Assembly (NCBI GenBank): GCA_051362555.1
Contig: CM120641.1
Coordinates: 22,692,001-22,756,000 of the forward strand
Length of the DNA stretch: 64,000 bases
DNA from: Lingula anatina
Lineage: Eukaryota; Animalia; Brachiopoda
Direction of reading: 5' to 3'
The notes beneath the pieces were generated by a model. The model saw only the letters and a program-made list of their open reading frames with translations. It searched no databases and was not told the DNA's origin. Within the stretch, counting starts at the first letter, position 1. Each line of letters starts with the position of its first letter. A program made the translations under genes and the position numbers. Below, piece after piece: positions 50,430 through 64,000 of this stretch.

Positions 50430-50824
50430 TGATAAAAAAAATTAAGTAGGTCGATACCAATGTCAAGGTTGCTTGCTATATACGTCGCTTATTTTTTCAA
50501 TTTTCAAAAAAGAGTACATTAAAAAGAAAAAATTGCATTTAAGGAAAACATAAAAAGAATTTCTTGGAAAAGTGCTTTTAGGTTCTTAAATATTTAACGT
50601 GCCAAAACTTATTCATGGGATATATTTTCTTTTCGGTTGTCTAAAACAATTAATGGGACTTGAGCGGCCTTGTGACATCGTCAACAATCTTCGGCATGGA
50701 GATGAATGCTGACAGCATTTTGCACAAAAATGTTGACCAATAAAACTTGATGCACATGGAGTCATTTTCTATTTTATGAACTCTATGGCCTCTGTAGCAA
50801 CAAAGACCAGAGGAAGAAACAGAA
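50430..50824. promoter_or_regulatory. Probable bidirectional promoter between the LRR gene and TMEM267
   Basis: Head-to-head genes. A candidate minus-strand non-coding exon ends at donor CAG|gtatag (50276), about 550 bp from the TMEM267 ATG. Confidence 0.5.
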
Positions 50825-51819
50825 ATGCCAATAGACTGGAAGTATGTGGTCACACCGAAGATAGCACTCCTTGAGGCTCTCGTTGTTGTCATTTTCTTCA
50901 CAGGCGACAGGCTGTTGGGATTTTCATTTGAATCTGCTTATGCTGATACTTTACGAGCACTGTCAGACAACTTGACCCATGGCCTGATTGCAGCGATTTC
51001 ATGGGCAATTGTCATTGATGGACAAGCTGATTCACCACGAGGTGCTTTACTGCAGATTTTATTATGTGGCGCTCTGGGCAGTTTGGTAGACGTTGATCAC
51101 TTTCTTGCAGCTAGATCACTTAAATTAAAGGTGATTTCATGCAGACACAATTTATAATAAATGAAGTATGGCAGTTGATAATAATGTTGTGTACTTTATT
51201 TTTTATTATACCTAACGACTTTATCAATTCTATATAGATAATTTATATTTTCTATTAATGCAATTGGTGTTCATTTTAAAATGGTTACAGCATGAATTGG
51301 TACAATGTCGAAGTTATTTGACAGTCATATGGAATTCATGTAAAAACACTATCCATTGTCTATTTAGGTACACAGCAAGATGTTTCTGACATATACAGTA
51401 TGAGTGCAGTATACAGTATAAGCTTCTACATGTAGTTAAAAAAAAACAAAATGAGTCAAATGCTTAAATGCTAACTTTCAACTTTTTCTCTCTAGGCTGC
51501 CCTGTCTTTACCTCAAAGACCACCATTCCATGCTACAACCATCATTCCTATAATTTCACTGGTAATACTCATCACTCAAAGACTCACTCAGACCAGGCAC
51601 CTGCCATACCTGCCTCTGTTGTTCCTGGTCTCCTGGCTCTCTCACCACACCAGGGACGCAGTACGGAGAGGATACTGGATGTGGCCATTTGGAGAAACTC
51701 CTCCTTTACCCTACGGGACTTATGTCATGTTAAATATAGGACTTCCTCTGATAGTGAGATGTATTGTACTGTATTCAAAATTGTCTGAGCAACCTCACCT
51801 TGGTTTAGAAGTTGTTTGA
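50825..51819 (+). CDS. TMEM267: Transmembrane protein 267 (C5orf28 family), 2 exons, ~209 aa
   Basis: Exons 50825-51130 (AAG|gtgatt) and 51496-51819 (tctag|GCT...TGA). Motifs RALSDNLTHG, SLVDVDHFLAARSLKLKAALSLPQRPPFH, SWLSHHTRDAVRRGYWMWPFGETPPLP match TMEM267. Confidence 0.92.
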
Positions 51820-53418
51820 GACTTTTCATATCTCAGTAGAAAAATTGAATTTGCAAATACTACAGTATAACATTATAGGCATAGTACTCACTAGAAAGCA
51901 CATTTTATACAACCTATTATGCCCTGGACTTTTTTAAATTTAATGTTATAATATTCTTAAACCAGATCTGTGAAGTAATGTGCAATAATGTCAAGCATTA
52001 AGCTGGCCATGACAGTGTGACAATACCTCAAGTGCTGGGACACATGACTGAAATTAGGGGCTGGTTTCCTCTAAGTCATGATACAAAAATTCTGGCATTA
52101 ATAAATGAAAAACACATTTTCATACTATCACAGATTCTTTGTTTTCAGGTGATTGCTATATAGCCTCCTGTTACTTTCAAACTCCCACATCATACAATCT
52201 TTAATTGAAACTAAGAAAGTGGTTTTAATGTGCAGGTACATATATACTAAAACAACCATGTAGTAGTAGATGAAAGGTATTTGTATTTTACATTTTTAAA
52301 AGGAAACAAGAACATCCAGTAACTGATGTATTAAAAAAATTTTCATTTGAATAATCTTAAGGTTGCCATTTATAGCAAAGAGGGAGGAATGAAAAATTCA
52401 GCTTAATTTGGTGGTAGTAGCTATACTTTATTTTTTCTACTTTCCTGGTTAGTACATTTGGCTTGTCTTGTAATTTACATATTTCAAAGGTCCACTAGCT
52501 ATTTGCATTAAAAAATTACCTTAAGTTGTATTTTCTTTGTCTACCATGGCACATGTCCTGCAAAGCTACTAACCTTTCCCAATTCAAATCTTAAAAAACT
52601 GTAAAATGCCTCAATTTAAGTACATGATGTTGGTAGTTCCCCTTGGAATGAATAGACCTGTACATTTAGACATGGCATTTTAAATGACTAACTAGTCAAA
52701 CAGAACAAAATCATCAAATTGAAAATTTAATAAAACATCTTATTCAAGTGCAGGGATATGTCACTCAATGATTTATGAGTAGGAAAAAATTCCTTTATTT
52801 CCTGATTAAAACCCTGTATCTTCGGTGGACGGTAGTGGTCGGTTGTAGACGGTAATTGGGTACACCCGAGTATCTTTATTCAACATCCAAATGATATCTG
52901 ATGTTATTTATTATGATAATTTATTATTATTATCCAATAATTCATTTTCTTTAATATGCTTATTCACATATCATTTTATTTTTTCCTTATCCTAGATACC
53001 AGATATGTTATGAAAAATTATTTTCTTTTCCTCTCTTTTGGTGATTATCTGAACTGCAGAAAATTAAACTGCAGAAGCAAATAAAAAATGAGGAGACAAT
53101 TAAAATCTAAATCCAGGAAAACCTACTAAAATTTAGTTGGAATGAATAACAGAAATTAGAAAGAAACACCTTTTTTTATAAAATACATCCACCCACTAGA
53201 CTTTAGTCTAACGAACCAAGAAGTTATAACTTCTTGAACGAGCAGTGCAAAGTGAAAGTAGGCGCGAAACTAAATATCATTCAGGTATATAGCTCTGCGT
53301 CAGCAACTTCCGATGAATACACAACAGATCCTAGAGTAGCCGCTGTCAGTGTTTAGTTGGAGTAGCTATATTTCCATCGTCAATGTATTTGAAGATCTGC
53401 TTATTGTGAAGCTGCAAA

Positions 53419-62212
<8,794 letters not shown>

Positions 62213-62599
62213 TTACAAACTTGATTTTGGGAATATGAGTGGGGAGATAATTTTTGAAACATTTTAAGCCATAAGTTATTTTATTATGAACAGATTAATC
62301 ATGCTATCATTTTAACAATTACTTGTTGATAAAAACAAACCAGGGACACAGACAGTGGGAATAGGAGAGAAATATCAGGAAATGCATTTGAATACAGCTT
62401 TTTGAATAAATAAACAAAGTGAATCTGCCAATGGCCATTCAGGGAGAAATATCATCTGTCACTCGAAGCGGGCACTAGGGCTTTTACTTCATTTAGAATG
62501 CTTTGTATATTTACCTGTAGGTAAATCCACAGTCCTGACTAAACCTTGGGTTTGTTATTTTACAAAATATTTGTTTTAATAAGATATATTTTCAAGGTA

Positions 62600-62652
62600 T
62601 TTTTATGTACAGACACAGATGTGTCTGCACATATAGCTGTCACTTGCATCTG
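62600..62652 (-). mobile_element. 3'-terminal fragment of the Helentron-like element seen at 12845-14436
   Basis: tttttatgtacagacacagatgtgtctgcacatatagc... is the near-exact reverse complement of 14385-14436. Confidence 0.75.
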
Positions 62653-64000
62653 TTTCAAAACATGAAACATTTGTTTTGTATTGCTACCTTTCATATATAT
62701 TTCAACTTAAAAATTCATCTAGTTTCAATAGTTTTGGGGATAAGGTTAAAGGGTCTCATAAGTGATAGAAAACAACCCATTTTCTACCAATGTCTAATTT
62801 ATATTGCCTGTTGTAGCCTAAACCAGCAGGATTTATGGTACATTGGATGTGAATTTAAATGAGTGTGTGCAAAAATCATCATTCATTTTTAATAATAACT
62901 TTTATTGAACCAGATCCTGTTAAACACCATATTACAACATGATTTTAAACACTTTTTTCATAACTAAAACATAAAGTTAACTGGCTTTGTTAAACAATTA
63001 GAGAACTAACAAAACTGCATGTTTATGTTTGAAAAACCAGCCTGTTTCAACAATCCTGGGAAACACTACAATAACCATGGTCTAACAAGTTATTTTGCCA
63101 ATTTTCCTTTAAATTTCTGTTTTTCGTTGAATATTTTTTTTCAAAGTCAGCCACTTTACCTGTTGCCAAGAAATTCTGTTGTTTTTCTTTTCTTGAATAA
63201 TAAAATAATAAATAAAAATAAATACAATTTTAATTCATGTGATAAGTAAATAGGATATTTAGTGTAAAAGTTATTGTATGATATCAAACTATAATGTGTA
63301 AGTGGATCTTGACACTATAGCTGCTCATCCCCAGGCCATATGAAAGTGGTTTAAGAATTACCTGGATATTTGTTACCCATGGAATGACCTATGTATTTCC
63401 TGAAATGCGTAACACTTCATCTGTTTCCTCCTTACTCCATCTCTTATATGCTCGGGGCTAAAATGTACAATGAGATATACATAAAAATAAACATGCTGCA
63501 TATTGTTTAGGGAAATTTTGTTTAAAAATGTAACAGATGATGTCTTATTTTTGTTAATTAAATTAATTATTTATCAATAATTGAATTATCTATCTTGAAT
63601 TGTTCACTTAAAGGATAGCTTTATATGGTACTTGCCTTTTTTTTTTTTTTTTGAGATCAAGTCGGCATGAACCAAGTCAGAGTCTGATTCTCTTTCCTAG
63701 AGTGAGAAAAATGTACAAATGTATACACCATTATTCAATATGATGGAAATTTTTGTTTTTCAACACTTTACAGAGCACGTGGGTGGTACTTGACCTAAAA
63801 AGTCAGTGAAAATAGCACTGGGCACCAGTGTTGACCACCATTTGCTTAACAGCTAGACAGGTACATACAAACCCTTCTTCCAACAAATATTCACATTTTG
63901 ACAAAACCAACAAATTACTTTTTTTTTTTTGAAAACATCTTTATCAAAATTTAACTCTTTAAAGTTGATAATTTGTTGCCAGTTCAATGATACTTGCTTT

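Noticed and set aside
50276-50430. Coding first exon of the LRR gene, or a TGA-readthrough frame
   Set aside because: All three minus-strand frames contain stops and the ATG at 49694 has an in-frame upstream stop, so it is best read as 5' UTR.

Overview
AT-rich, intron-rich animal genomic DNA. The repeat types suggest an invertebrate, possibly a mollusc or other lophotrochozoan, but the taxon cannot be fixed from this window. By translating exons and checking GT-AG boundaries and splice phases by hand I reconstructed five spliced protein-coding genes: CTDSPL2/SCP4 phosphatase (minus, 568-14663, 12 coding exons, ~456 aa), a CERS1-type ceramide synthase (plus, 25528-40148), an uncharacterised LRR protein (minus, 43626-49694, 11 exons, ~932 aa), TMEM267 (plus, 50825-51819) and a GH31 lysosomal alpha-glucosidase-like gene (plus, 53419-62212, 18 exons, ~946 aa). 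The most notable observation is that the ceramide synthase has two paralogous alternative first coding exons 8.4 kb apart (30 of 77 aa identical, ungapped), both in phase with exon 2. A PIF/Harbinger-like element carrying promoter motifs and an ORF remnant lies between them. Introns also hold many non-autonomous elements (Helentron-like tandem arrays, MITEs, TTAA-flanked elements, a tRNA-derived SINE) and a tandem amplification of a CTDSPL2 exon end together with its splice donor. Family assignments rest on recalled motifs, not database searches.
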